Origin: a virus
Virus record (IMG/VR): IMGVR_UViG_3300025162_000043
Coordinates: 1 to 64,000 of that record
Strand: one strand, 5' to 3'
DNA length: 64,000 nt
Notes under the pieces: model-generated
The model's input: only the letters and a program-made list of their open reading frames with translations
Databases searched by the model: none
What the model was told of the DNA's origin: nothing
Shown here: piece by piece, positions 1 to 8,791 of the stretch
Layout of the letters: every line of letters starts with the position of its first letter
How positions within the stretch are numbered: position 1 is the stretch's first letter
Position numbers and translations under genes: made by a program

Positions 1-98
1 AATGTCATACAATTTGAGTTTGGATTCGGGATGGACTCCATTGGTACTCGTTAAAGAACCATAGAAGCCCAATCTCTTTAGAGGTTGGGAGCATTCAC
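1..98 (+). mobile_element. Right end/omegaRNA 3' part of an IS200/IS605 (tnpB-type) element, truncated by the window start
   Basis: GAAGCCCAATCTCTTTAGAGGTTGGGAGCATTCAC: subterminal hairpin with TTTAG loop ending in TCAC. Confidence 0.7.
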
Positions 99-219
99 TC
101 TCGGCACAGATAACATAAGATTTTGACGGACAATACTTACCACGTACCAACTATCTGTGCCAACTAATAGTTCAATGGTATAGAGTATTGTTCGTCATTC
201 TAATAAAGGCACAGATAGT

Positions 220-1119
220 ATGATTATAGATAGTGAGATGTGGAAAAATGAAAATGGAAGTTGGTGTAGGAAATGCGGATTCTGCCATAAAATCATAATT
301 CATTCTTCCTTACAAGTTTGTAGTTCAGCATATAAAAAACATCGTTTGTGTAGAAAATGTTCCAAAGCAGGGAAGCATTTCGAACCCAATCAAAAGTTAA
401 TTGACGATGAGATTATTTGGAAGGATTTTCTATCTTCTAAATGGTGTAGAAAATGCCCTAATTGTTCAACGATCATTGGTCATACAACAATAAAAATTTG
501 TATTCGTGGGGTTAGGCAAAATCTGGATTGTTTTAGTTGTCGGGAGACAGGAAATAAAAATCATAGGTTTGGTACTACGGCTAGTTCGGAAACACGCAGG
601 CGGCTATCTCTTTCTCGTACAGGAACTAAACATTATTTTTTCGGAAAACATCATTCGTTAGATACTAAGAAAAAATTATCTTTAGCAGCCAAAAGAAGAA
701 CGCCACAGGAAATAGAAAAACGTATAATTAGTATGAACAAGAATAGATTCATACGAAAACCATATACTTTTCCCGACGGAAAACCAACTATATTTTTACA
801 AGGTTATGAGGCATGGACAATTGACTATCTCTTATCAAGTTCCTTATCATCACAAGATATTAAGACCGAGCACGCCGATAAGCCGAAAATTAAATACGAA
901 TTATCGGGTTCACCAAAAACTTATTACCCAGACTGTTTTCTGCCATCATCAAATACAATAGTAGAAACAAAATCTCCGTGGACATGGAATCAAAATTTGG
1001 CAATGAATAAGGCTAAAATAAGTAGTTCCATTGATTGTGGGTTTAATGTTAGAGTAATCATATGGAATCGAGATCATAAGTTAGTAGAAGATATCACATA
1101 CCTAAAAACAGTACCTTGA
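220..1119 (+). CDS. Free-standing homing endonuclease-like protein (CxxC repeats, NUMOD3-like motifs, C-terminal PD-(D/E)XK)
   Basis: Two WCRKC..C repeats; HYFFGKHHSLDTKKKLS; YYPDCFLPSSNTIVETKS. Confidence 0.75.
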   Translation: MIIDSEMWKNENGSWCRKCGFCHKIIIHSSLQVCSSAYKKHRLCRKCSKAGKHFEPNQKLIDDEIIWKDFLSSKWCRKCPNCSTIIGHTTIKICIRGVRQNLDCFSCRETGNKNHRFGTTASSETRRRLSLSRTGTKHYFFGKHHSLDTKKKLSLAAKRRTPQEIEKRIISMNKNRFIRKPYTFPDGKPTIFLQGYEAWTIDYLLSSSLSSQDIKTEHADKPKIKYELSGSPKTYYPDCFLPSSNTIVETKSPWTWNQNLAMNKAKISSSIDCGFNVRVIIWNRDHKLVEDITYLKTVP

Positions 1120-1143
1120 CTTTTTATGAGTGAGTGATATAAT

Positions 1144-2316
1144 ATGAGCATGATTATAGATTATCCGATTTTGAGTTCTATTTTAGATTCAGATTTGTAC
1201 AAATTTACGCAAGGCCAATTGGTATTTCACGACTTTCCCCATGCAATTGCCAAATATGAATTTATCAATCGTGGGAAAATAGAGTTCCCCCCAGAATTCG
1301 TGTCTGAACTAAGAAATCAAATTGATCTAATGAGACACATGATGCTAACAAAGGATGAAATTCGATGGCTTAATACAATTCCCTTTATTCGTTCGACGTA
1401 TGCCGAATGGTTAAGTGGATATAGATTTAACTCCGACGAAGTTCGCATTACTCAGGAGAACGGCAATTTGAAAGTAATAATTACAGGGCCGTGGTATCGC
1501 ACGATTTTATTTGAGGTTCCGGTCATGTCTATAATTTCCGAATTATATTTTCTATTAACAAATCAGAATAAATCAGATGATTGGAAACAGCGTATAGAAA
1601 ATACAGGATTACATCTGAGTAATAATGGATGTTATTGGATGGACTTTGGAACAAGAAGAAGATACTCTTTGGAAACACATGATGCAGTAGTAAAAATAAT
1701 GCGAGAGATGCATGGGTTTCTTGGAACAAGCAACCCCTACTTAGCATATAAATACAATGTGAATCCTCAAGGAACTCTGGCACATGAATACATCATGGGA
1801 CTTTCTGCTTTTTACGGAGTTCGCATGGCTAATATTAAAGCAATGCATCATTGGACCTCTCATTTCGAAGGAAATCTTGGAATTATGTTATCGGATACGT
1901 TTTCGACGAACGTGTTTTTAAAAGATTTTGATATGTATTATGCCAAACTATTCGACGGTGTTCGCCAAGATAGCGGAGACCCCATAGAATGGGGCAATAA
2001 GATGTTGGCACACTATAAGAAATTGAACATTTCGACAAGTAATAAACGCTTTGTATTCTCAGATAACCTTAATGACGAAAAATATATCCGAATTCATAAC
2101 ACATTCAAATCTGTATGCCAGCCAATTGGAGGGATAGGTACATTTCTAACGAATAATGTAAATGTAAAGCCTCTTAATATGGTCGTCAAGATGAAGTGCA
2201 TAAAGCAAAATCCAGATGTGGAATGGGTAGATGTGGTAAAATTAAGTGATGACCCAGGAAAACATACTGGAAATGCTGATGCTATTAGGCGTGTAACCGA
2301 GGAACTGGGAATATAA
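1144..2316 (+). CDS. pncB: Nicotinate phosphoribosyltransferase (start probably ATG 1150)
   Basis: SILDSDLYKFT, DFGTRRRYS, GTLAHE, DGVRQDSGDP, KLSDDPGK; TTGACT-N17-TATAAT promoter directly upstream. Confidence 0.93.
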   Translation: MSMIIDYPILSSILDSDLYKFTQGQLVFHDFPHAIAKYEFINRGKIEFPPEFVSELRNQIDLMRHMMLTKDEIRWLNTIPFIRSTYAEWLSGYRFNSDEVRITQENGNLKVIITGPWYRTILFEVPVMSIISELYFLLTNQNKSDDWKQRIENTGLHLSNNGCYWMDFGTRRRYSLETHDAVVKIMREMHGFLGTSNPYLAYKYNVNPQGTLAHEYIMGLSAFYGVRMANIKAMHHWTSHFEGNLGIMLSDTFSTNVFLKDFDMYYAKLFDGVRQDSGDPIEWGNKMLAHYKKLNISTSNKRFVFSDNLNDEKYIRIHNTFKSVCQPIGGIGTFLTNNVNVKPLNMVVKMKCIKQNPDVEWVDVVKLSDDPGKHTGNADAIRRVTEELGI

Positions 2317-2391
2317 TTTGTAACTGTTTATGTAAACTTAAATTGTTTACATAGTTGACAAATTGAAGTGGTTAATGTAGGATAGTTTCTA

Positions 2392-3024
2392 ATGGAAATT
2401 ACAATGGGGATTTGCGGTACCGCCGGACGGCGTGAAGATGCAAAACGTCTTACTCGAAAGCATTTTGAGGCGATGTGTATTCTAGCATCGGGTTTACTTG
2501 AACAGATAAATACTATAGGATACCCAATATCTTGTTTGATAAGTGGTGGATCGGCTTGGGCCGATTTCGTGGCGGTAAAACTGTTCCTCGACAAAAAAGT
2601 CCCCGCGTTAAGATTATGTCTACCTGCTGAGTGGCAAGATGGAAAATTTTATGATAATGGACAGACAGAACACAATGATGGAGGAGTTTGTAATTATTAT
2701 CATCTTCAATTCCAACGAAATACTGGAATTAATTCATTAAGTAAAATGCAGATTGCATACTTGGAAGGTGCCGAATTTATTCCAGTATCTAAAGGTTTTT
2801 ATGCCAGAAATGCTCTCGTGGCCAAGTCTGATTTTCTTCTTGCTTGCACCTTTGGAGAAGGAAAGATGGTAAAACGATGGGGTGGCACGGAAGACACTGT
2901 ACGAAAATATCTAAGAAGAGTTCGTAAAGAAGGAGTTTTTGATAAAAGTTTTCATTATGATCTTAATTCTGGACAGATTTTTGAAGGTTGTAATGTGGCT
3001 CCCGAAGAAAAAAAAAGATATTGA
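2392..3024 (+). CDS. SLOG/YspA-like nucleotide-binding protein
   Basis: ICGTAGR, LISGGSAWAD, ARNALVA, GGTEDT motifs. Confidence 0.6.
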   Translation: MEITMGICGTAGRREDAKRLTRKHFEAMCILASGLLEQINTIGYPISCLISGGSAWADFVAVKLFLDKKVPALRLCLPAEWQDGKFYDNGQTEHNDGGVCNYYHLQFQRNTGINSLSKMQIAYLEGAEFIPVSKGFYARNALVAKSDFLLACTFGEGKMVKRWGGTEDTVRKYLRRVRKEGVFDKSFHYDLNSGQIFEGCNVAPEEKKRY

Positions 3025-3035
3025 TAGTGAAATAC

Positions 3036-3251
3036 CTAAAAAACTACGGTCTTATTCTCTTTAGCCAAATAATGCCCAAGGCTCTTCATGCGGCGTTCGA
3101 CTTGTTCGAGCAAATACTCTGCTCGTTCCTTGTCTGCTTCGTAATCATCTTCGCCCCATCCATAACTTTTGGTGTAGACCGAGATCATAGTAGCATAATC
3201 AAAATTAACGAATTCCTTGAGCGGCTTATGCAAGGCTTCAAGAGTTTTCAT
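3036..3251 (-). CDS. Hypothetical protein
   Basis: 71-aa ORF; ATG abuts the mini-IS left end. Confidence 0.6.
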   Translation of the reverse strand: MKTLEALHKPLKEFVNFDYATMISVYTKSYGWGEDDYEADKERAEYLLEQVERRMKSLGHYLAKENKTVVF

Positions 3252-3319
3252 ATTTTCTATCGTTGCGGAAACCCCTATCCCTTCAGGGTCCCTACGCCTT
3301 TAGGCTAGGGGTTGTTGAC
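3252..3319 (+). mobile_element. 68-nt non-autonomous IS200/IS605 derivative (fused left and right ends)
   Basis: Follows TTCAT; CGTTGCGGAAACCCC left end as at 8396; CCTACGCCTTTAGGCTAGGGGTTGTTGAC right end as in the tnpB element. Confidence 0.8.
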
Positions 3320-3544
3320 ACTGCGAACTTTATTTAGATCGATCATGGTCTTCCATTTCTTTTTTCCACAGACATAAGGACACCACAAGAAGTGGGATGA
3401 GGACAAAAATGATAAATAACCATTCGCCTATCCACTTCAAGAATTTCTTCATGGTTCCAATATACTCGAAACTATCCCATCTGTCAAATGGATTTCGCAA
3501 AATTCAGTTTGACAATGGTAAGGAGTATGTTATATTGTAGATAT

Positions 3545-3727
3545 ATGCGCTGGACTGTAATATGTAATATTTGTGGAAAGAAAAGTATTTTCGCCGATGC
3601 GAAAGACATAACTCAGTCGCATTGGACTATTCTTACGTGGTTAGTCCCAAGTGGTGAACCTCGGTGCATCTGTCCCAATTGTGATTACGGTAAACCAACC
3701 CCAAAACAAAAAGGCAAGAAATCATGA
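3545..3727 (+). CDS. Small zinc-finger protein (CxxC...CxxC), leaderless
   Basis: MRWTVICNICG...CPNC; TTGACA promoter upstream. Confidence 0.55.
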   Translation: MRWTVICNICGKKSIFADAKDITQSHWTILTWLVPSGEPRCICPNCDYGKPTPKQKGKKS

Positions 3728-3990
3728 AACTTTTTAATCTGATGTATGGCAGGGCTAAAGACAGAATGCATTGTATAATGACTGATAAACTCTCCAAATG
3801 TGAGAACTATCGGGATGCCCGACTTCCTTCTGTAAAGGGATGGCACTCTATTGTTCCTGCCGAGGATGGTGCCGAGATATGGCGTAAGAAGTCTGCTACC
3901 GTTGGCGGTAACCGCTGTGAAATGGTTCAACGAGTAGGGCATGGTCCTGCTGGTTACATTAATAAACGCGGATTTAATCCACATACATAA
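3724..3990 (+). CDS. Hypothetical protein
   Basis: ATGA-coupled ORF. Confidence 0.6.
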   Translation: MKLFNLMYGRAKDRMHCIMTDKLSKCENYRDARLPSVKGWHSIVPAEDGAEIWRKKSATVGGNRCEMVQRVGHGPAGYINKRGFNPHT

Positions 3991-3993
3991 AAT

Positions 3994-4524
3994 ATGAAAA
4001 CACCACTGAAAGAAATTAGATATGAAACGCCAATTGCGGATATTGATTTTACAAAACCATCCCTGTTCTTGGCGGGGCCGACAGTCAGAGGAAATCAACC
4101 ACATTTAACTTCTTGGCGATTTGAGGCAATTAGACTATTCGCCAGCAAAGGGTTTGAAGGCAATCTTATTATTCCCGAATTCACCGATAAAACTGAATCG
4201 GATAAGTATCGTTACGATATTCCTATATGGGAATACACTTGTTTGCGTATGTCTCATGTCATTATGTTCTGGATTCCAAGAACCCGAGAATTAATTGGAC
4301 TTACAACGAACCATGAATTAGGATATTGGATGGCTCGTGACCGAAGCAAGGTGATCTATGGCCGACCTGATAATGCTTATAGAATTACGTATTTAGACAT
4401 CATGTGGGTAGAGGATTCCAAGCGAAAAGGATTACGCATGGATAATGATAAATGGTGCCCGATTTATAATACGCTGGATGATACGGTAAATGCAACATTG
4501 AAGAAACTGGCGCAAGAAATATGA
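3994..4524 (+). CDS. Nucleoside 2-deoxyribosyltransferase-like protein
   Basis: LFLAGPT...SWR...WE...VIMFWIPR...GLTTNHELG. Confidence 0.8.
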   Translation: MKTPLKEIRYETPIADIDFTKPSLFLAGPTVRGNQPHLTSWRFEAIRLFASKGFEGNLIIPEFTDKTESDKYRYDIPIWEYTCLRMSHVIMFWIPRTRELIGLTTNHELGYWMARDRSKVIYGRPDNAYRITYLDIMWVEDSKRKGLRMDNDKWCPIYNTLDDTVNATLKKLAQEI

Positions 4525-4542
4525 ACGAAGATTTCGAAAACA

Positions 4543-4825
4543 GTGAAAAACCCCCGAGATTTTAGCCTCGGGGGGTATTAATTTGAATGTTATTCGTCCC
4601 AGATTTCGGATTGTGGGTATCCCCAGTTAAAATTAACATGATGACTTAAATCAGCGGGAATGTCCAGAAAATTATTTTTTGATTGTGTTGTGAGACTTGA
4701 TTATCGTCTCTTATTCAATCATATTACCAATATATATTATGACACAGAAGAAGTCAACTAATTATATTTGTGGGTCGCATTCATCTCCTTGGCTGAAGAC
4801 CAAGGAGTTTTCTGCGACGACCAAA
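4543..4825 (-). mobile_element. Non-autonomous IS200/IS605 derivative
   Basis: Left-end hairpin CTCCTTGGTCTTCAGCCAAGGAG after TTTAT; right-end hairpin ending TTCAC; ~160 nt shared with 5736-6033. Confidence 0.75.
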
Positions 4826-4866
4826 ATAAATATCACAGACCCAATGAAAAATGTCAACAAGAAAAT

Positions 4867-4944
4867 TGGTGGCACCGAAGGGATTCGAACCCTCACTGTT
4901 TCGGGTTTGGGCCGAACGCCTCCTACCAATTGGGCTACAGTGCC
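4867..4944 (-). tRNA. tRNA-Leu(CAA), short variable arm, C33
   Basis: Cloverleaf, GGTTCGAATCC T-arm, TTCGG-CCCAAAC-CCGAA anticodon arm, encoded CCA. Confidence 0.8.
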
Positions 4945-4953
4945 ATTTATTTC

Positions 4954-5001
4954 TGGTGGTCTCGCAACAAATCACCACTACTACTTTTACATCAAGGGAC
5001 C
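4954..5001 (-). pseudogene. Internally deleted tRNA remnant
   Basis: GGTCCC..GAGACCACCA acceptor-like ends, only 48 nt, no anticodon arm. Confidence 0.45.
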
Positions 5002-5007
5002 ATAATT

Positions 5008-5081
5008 TGGAGCATGTGGAGGTAGTCGAAACCCCATCTCAAGTGTGGAAAACTCGCATAATGCCGTTATACTACACATGC
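5008..5081 (-). tRNA. tRNA-Gly(TCC)
   Basis: GCATGTG acceptor, loop TTTCCAC, ends TCCA. Confidence 0.85.
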
Positions 5082-5087
5082 ACAAAA

Positions 5088-5161
5088 GGGAGGACCAGGA
5101 TGGTTACGCTCCATCGCCACAACTCTACCAGGGTCGTATTCTGCTATTAAACTACAAGTCC
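5088..5161 (-). tRNA. Degenerate tRNA, anticodon GGT (Thr?)
   Basis: D-arm and loop CTGGTAG present; atypical T-loop; ends CCC. Confidence 0.5.
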
Positions 5162-5162
5162 G

Positions 5163-5237
5163 TGGAGCATCGTGAGGATTTCGAAACCTCGGCCTTCACA
5201 TTGGGAATGTGACGTTCTGCCTCTGAACTAACGATGC
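5163..5237 (-). tRNA. tRNA-Gly(CCC)
   Basis: TCACA-TTCCCAA-TGTGA arm, ends TCCA. Confidence 0.9.
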
Positions 5238-5426
5238 ATTTACAAAGAACAATATTTGAAAGCGTTGGCTCACATAACTCTGAACCAATAAGAGTAGGAG
5301 TTTAAAGCAGTCATCCCCGACCTGGCAGATATATCGTGATCTGCAACGATTGGTTTCTAGTACCAACCATGTAACTGTTGAGTTTTTAATTTAAGGACTT
5401 TCGCTATACACTCAACTAACCTAAAT

Positions 5427-5497
5427 TGGAGCATCTTGTATGATTTTACATACATTTGCTACTTGGAAAGTAGCCGTCTTAATTAAACGATCAATGC
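5427..5497 (-). tRNA. Divergent tRNA-Gly(TCC)
   Basis: GCTAC-TTTCCAA-GTAGC arm, ends TCCA, aberrant T-arm. Confidence 0.6.
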
Positions 5498-5554
5498 ATT
5501 TACAAAGAACAAATTGATTGGACATTATTGGCATCGCCATAACCCAATCAAAAA

Positions 5555-5629
5555 TGGTACGGACACCGAGTCAACGCTCTCGGACCTGAACCTTGGCAAA
5601 GTCCCATGATACTCTTTCACCATGCCCGC
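5555..5629 (-). tRNA. tRNA-Gly(GCC), atypical T-loop and discriminator
   Basis: GCGGGCA acceptor, loop TTGCCAA, ends ACCA. Confidence 0.7.
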
Positions 5630-5637
5630 ATTAAAAT

Positions 5638-5711
5638 TGGTGCCAACTCTCGGTTACGCTCCGAGGCATCTTCCTTATGAAAGAAACAGGCTACTATTAC
5701 ATCAAGCTGGC
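5638..5711 (-). tRNA. tRNA with CAT anticodon (Met or Ile2)
   Basis: GCCAGCT acceptor, loop TTCATAA, ends ACCA. Confidence 0.7.
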
Positions 5712-5735
5712 TTTATTGTAACTACACTCTAACTC

Positions 5736-6033
5736 ATGAACTACCCCTACGCTAAAGACGTAGGTGTTTCCGACCCAATCAACTGCTTCGTTATTTCTAA
5801 CGAAGTCTTATGTCAAGACAGACGGCTTATACGGTCGTTCCGACCGTTATCTGGTTTCTTAACCAGAAAATTATTTTTTTGATTGTGTTGTGAGACTTGG
5901 TTATCGTCTCTTATTCAATCATATTGCCAATATACACTATGCCACAAAAAAGTCAACAACAAAGTTTAATTATATTTGCGGGTCGCATTCATCTCCTTGG
6001 CTGAAGACCAAGGAGTTTTCTGCTCCCTAAAAG
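5736..6033 (-). mobile_element. Non-autonomous IS200/IS605 derivative retaining an omegaRNA-like 3' end
   Basis: Same left end as 4543-4825 after TTTAT; ACGGTCGGAACGACCGT hairpin; CCTACGTCTTTAGCGTAGGGGTAGTTCAT right end. Confidence 0.8.
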
Positions 6034-6120
6034 ATAAATATATTCGTATCAACAAAAAACTGAAATTATTTATTCGAGTTCTAACTTACAATAAGCATTA
6101 TACCACATTCCACCCATTTG

Positions 6121-6615
6121 TCAAGTCACCCACGAAGATTTCGGCATTCCATGTTCAGAAAGTCCCTGTTTATAGAACCTTATAATTTCTTCATTTTTAT
6201 CAACATAGTCTTGATAGACCTCATTAATATGATTATGAACCATACGATTAATTTCTCGGGCAGCACCTCCGAATTTCTTAGCGTCCCGAATATCTTTCTC
6301 CACAAAGGATTCGTTCCCTATCATTTTATAGGCAATATCTTCGGATTGAATTGACCCGACTGCAATTTGTGCATACACTACAAACTCGGAAAAATACGTC
6401 AACTCGTCTTCTGTAGATACCTTCAACGTAATATATGTTTCAACTTGGTCTTTCCATTTGTCTTTGTCTATACTAGCCTCGACCGTAATAGAACAAATTA
6501 AAGGAATATGGTCATCAGTCTTGAGAGTTAATTGCCAGTTTTCTCCCGCAGACCACTCATGTTGTTTGAGAGCTTTAACGAGTTGTAGTAAAATTGCTTC
6601 GGCTTTTGAATTCAT
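6121..6615 (-). CDS. Hypothetical protein
   Basis: ORF preceded by the ATATTTATA motif. Confidence 0.65.
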   Translation of the reverse strand: MNSKAEAILLQLVKALKQHEWSAGENWQLTLKTDDHIPLICSITVEASIDKDKWKDQVETYITLKVSTEDELTYFSEFVVYAQIAVGSIQSEDIAYKMIGNESFVEKDIRDAKKFGGAAREINRMVHNHINEVYQDYVDKNEEIIRFYKQGLSEHGMPKSSWVT

Positions 6616-6626
6616 AAGTATAAATA

Positions 6627-6791
6627 TCACTGTTTACGTAAAGGACGTTCGTATTTTCCCATCATATAAACCTTATGTGTATAGTCCTTAAGTTTCTCTC
6701 GCTCTTCGCGAGTCATTTTATCCATCGGTGGATATGTAGAGAAATACTCCCGCCATAGTATTTCAAACGCATTTATTTTTTCGTCGTGTTC
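6627..6791 (-). CDS. Hypothetical protein
   Basis: Short ORF in a minus-strand operon; start uncertain. Confidence 0.45.
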   Translation of the reverse strand, partial: EHDEKINAFEILWREYFSTYPPMDKMTREEREKLKDYTHKVYMMGKYERPLRKQ

Positions 6792-6799
6792 TTGGTAGC

Positions 6800-7141
6800 T
6801 CATAATCCTCGTGATTGTACTTCCCACTCGTTTAGATTTCCGATGGCATGTGCCAGTTCATGAAAATAAACATGGCGCACGTCATCTATAAAACGTTCTT
6901 GGTTTTCTTGACAAACCTCAAAAATTTCACCCACATAAATAACAATAGCTTGATTCCACATTCCACAAATTCCAAATACTCTTTGTGTATCAGTGGAGCG
7001 AGGACTGAATTTCTCAAGGAAACATGTCCATGTCTCCGTGTTTACCCACACTGGGTCGGGAAGTTCTGCCATTGCTTTCTGAACAGTTTTATCGGCTGTA
7101 TCAAACAGCTTTTCCCATTGTTCTTCAGTTAAGTTAATCAT
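6800..7141 (-). CDS. Zincin-like metallopeptidase
   Basis: VRHVYFHELAHAIG (HExxH) in a minimal zincin-size ORF. Confidence 0.75.
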   Translation of the reverse strand: MINLTEEQWEKLFDTADKTVQKAMAELPDPVWVNTETWTCFLEKFSPRSTDTQRVFGICGMWNQAIVIYVGEIFEVCQENQERFIDDVRHVYFHELAHAIGNLNEWEVQSRGL

Positions 7142-7143
7142 AA

Positions 7144-7470
7144 TTATTTTTCTGCCTTTTCTATAGCTTCACTCACATGACAAATTCGGCACGGATGGGT
7201 ATTTAATGTTCCCGCTTGGAAATTCAGACAGCACGAGTTTCCTACCTTAAACTCACGACACACATATGGACGTTTTCCATAAATATTACATTTGCCATCT
7301 TTAAGTGCAATACATTCCATCTTGTCATTGGTTCGCATTACCTTATCATACCGCATGTCTTTATCCTCCGTGACAAGTGTATCATCATAGAAAATTTCAT
7401 CGGCGCAATAGACATCGATAATTCCTACACAACATCGACCTTTACATTTATCGCAATTAGAATCCATTGC
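7144..7470 (-). CDS. YkgJ/CxxCxxCC Fe-S or Zn cluster protein
   Basis: CDKCKGRCC...CIALKDGKCNIYGKRPYVCREF. Confidence 0.8.
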   Translation of the reverse strand, partial: AMDSNCDKCKGRCCVGIIDVYCADEIFYDDTLVTEDKDMRYDKVMRTNDKMECIALKDGKCNIYGKRPYVCREFKVGNSCCLNFQAGTLNTHPCRICHVSEAIEKAEK

Positions 7471-8395
7471 AAGCATCCTCCACAAACAATTCTTCGACTG
7501 CCCGCACAAATTCTTTCTTTGCCTGTTTCCACCGACCGTCAGAACCTGGGAGACGAAGAATTCGACTATCCTTATCTGCGGAAATATCCCGCAGTTTATG
7601 TTCGTCAATCAACCGGACAAGCAGCTTTTTCCCAGCCTCCTGTCCGTGTTTTCTGATTTCTTTTAGATCTGGTCCTATGCATGGCATATTCTACCTCTTT
7701 CTCAAATGCAAACCGCAAGCATTCAATCATGCGGATTGCACCAATTGAACGATGCTTTTGCATAATTTTGCGGAAGTCATCCACTATTTGTTTGTCATGT
7801 TCCAATTGATTCATTATTATCTTCTTTCCAAGTTAATCCGTCAAAATTGGCAATGTTTATTTCGTATCTCCCATCATCGTTACTCATTGAAGTAAGAAAT
7901 GGAGAATTACAACAACCACACGCATTAACTATAATTTTGTATTGTCGAGAAAGTTTACTTAACTCTCTTACAAATGCTTTTACTTCGTCTTCTGCTAGTT
8001 CTTTTACTTCGTCTTGTTTTAATATTTTCATATTTTTAATTTTTTCATACTTCTCTAACTCTTTTTCCGCCCAGGGCGTCAGAATATCACCGTTATTCTT
8101 CATTTGCCTCAGTCCCTCTCCCCGCGACGTAAATGGGTGGCTAAGCCTACCTTTGAGGGTGGGCCACTCCGTATTATAAGATTTGTTCATTGACAATATC
8201 TCTATGAAAGTGATCAAACGCTTCGTTTATTGCCTCTGTCTTGGCCATCTCATCATTCAAATTTCCAATTACATGACGTTCAGCGTGCCACTCTCGTTCC
8301 AGACCATCCATCTCTTGAATATGACATGCCCATGCCCGCTCAAGGTTCAAATCCTTATCAGGGTTTCGTTTGTAACAAATGAAGTCAATTTTCAT
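7457..8395 (-). CDS. Run of four small hypothetical ORFs (7457-7687, 7605-7814, 7795-8190, 8174-8395)
   Basis: Tightly overlapping minus-strand ORFs; no recognisable motifs. Confidence 0.5.
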
Positions 8396-8791
8396 ATTTT
8401 TCCTTTCGTTGCGGAAACCCCGATGGCTTTAGCCTCGGGGAGGAGCAACGAAATATAATTAATAATTTCTGTTGACATTCTTCTTAATTCCTGTTATACA
8501 TATCACAGTTCTTTGATACATGGTTTGGATAGTAGAAAATAATTGCTTCTATCCAGTAAAATCAATCAAGCATCGTTTTGTGAATAGACCAGAAGTCACT
8601 CCGCTTTGCGGAGGAACCGTTATGCAGGTCTTTGACTCACAATCAACATCCTCCTCGTTATCCGTTAAGGATAAGCTGGAAGGCAGGCCACGGTCAATTG
8701 GCCAATCGTCTGTAAATCTTTCTTGAGTTATGTTAAGCATAAGCATTAGAGTCTGGCAAGCCCCGACCCTTCAGGGTCGCGGGTAGTTGAC
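8396..8791 (+). mobile_element. 396-nt tnpB-less IS200/IS605 cassette: left end + sigma70 promoter + omegaRNA
   Basis: After TTCAT; TTGACA-N17-TATACA; scaffold homologous to the tnpB 3' end; ends GGGTAGTTGAC; near-identical to 46752-47147. Confidence 0.88.

Noticed and set aside
4697-5150. ORFs overlapping tRNAs and the mini-IS
   Set aside because: Antisense or overlap artefacts of RNA genes.
8584-8640. Hairpin-ribozyme-like AGAAGTCA
   Set aside because: Second copy reads AGAAGGCA and no loop-B motif is visible.
8520-8746. ORFs 8520-8726/8549-8746 and their twins 46876-47082/46905-47102
   Set aside because: They lie inside the omegaRNA cassettes. Offsetting indels change the peptide between copies, so they are likely non-coding.
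8746-8791. Reading GTCAACTACCC... as an IscB/HEARO 5' end
   Set aside because: Promoter direction and homology to the tnpB 3' end support the plus-strand TnpB-type orientation.
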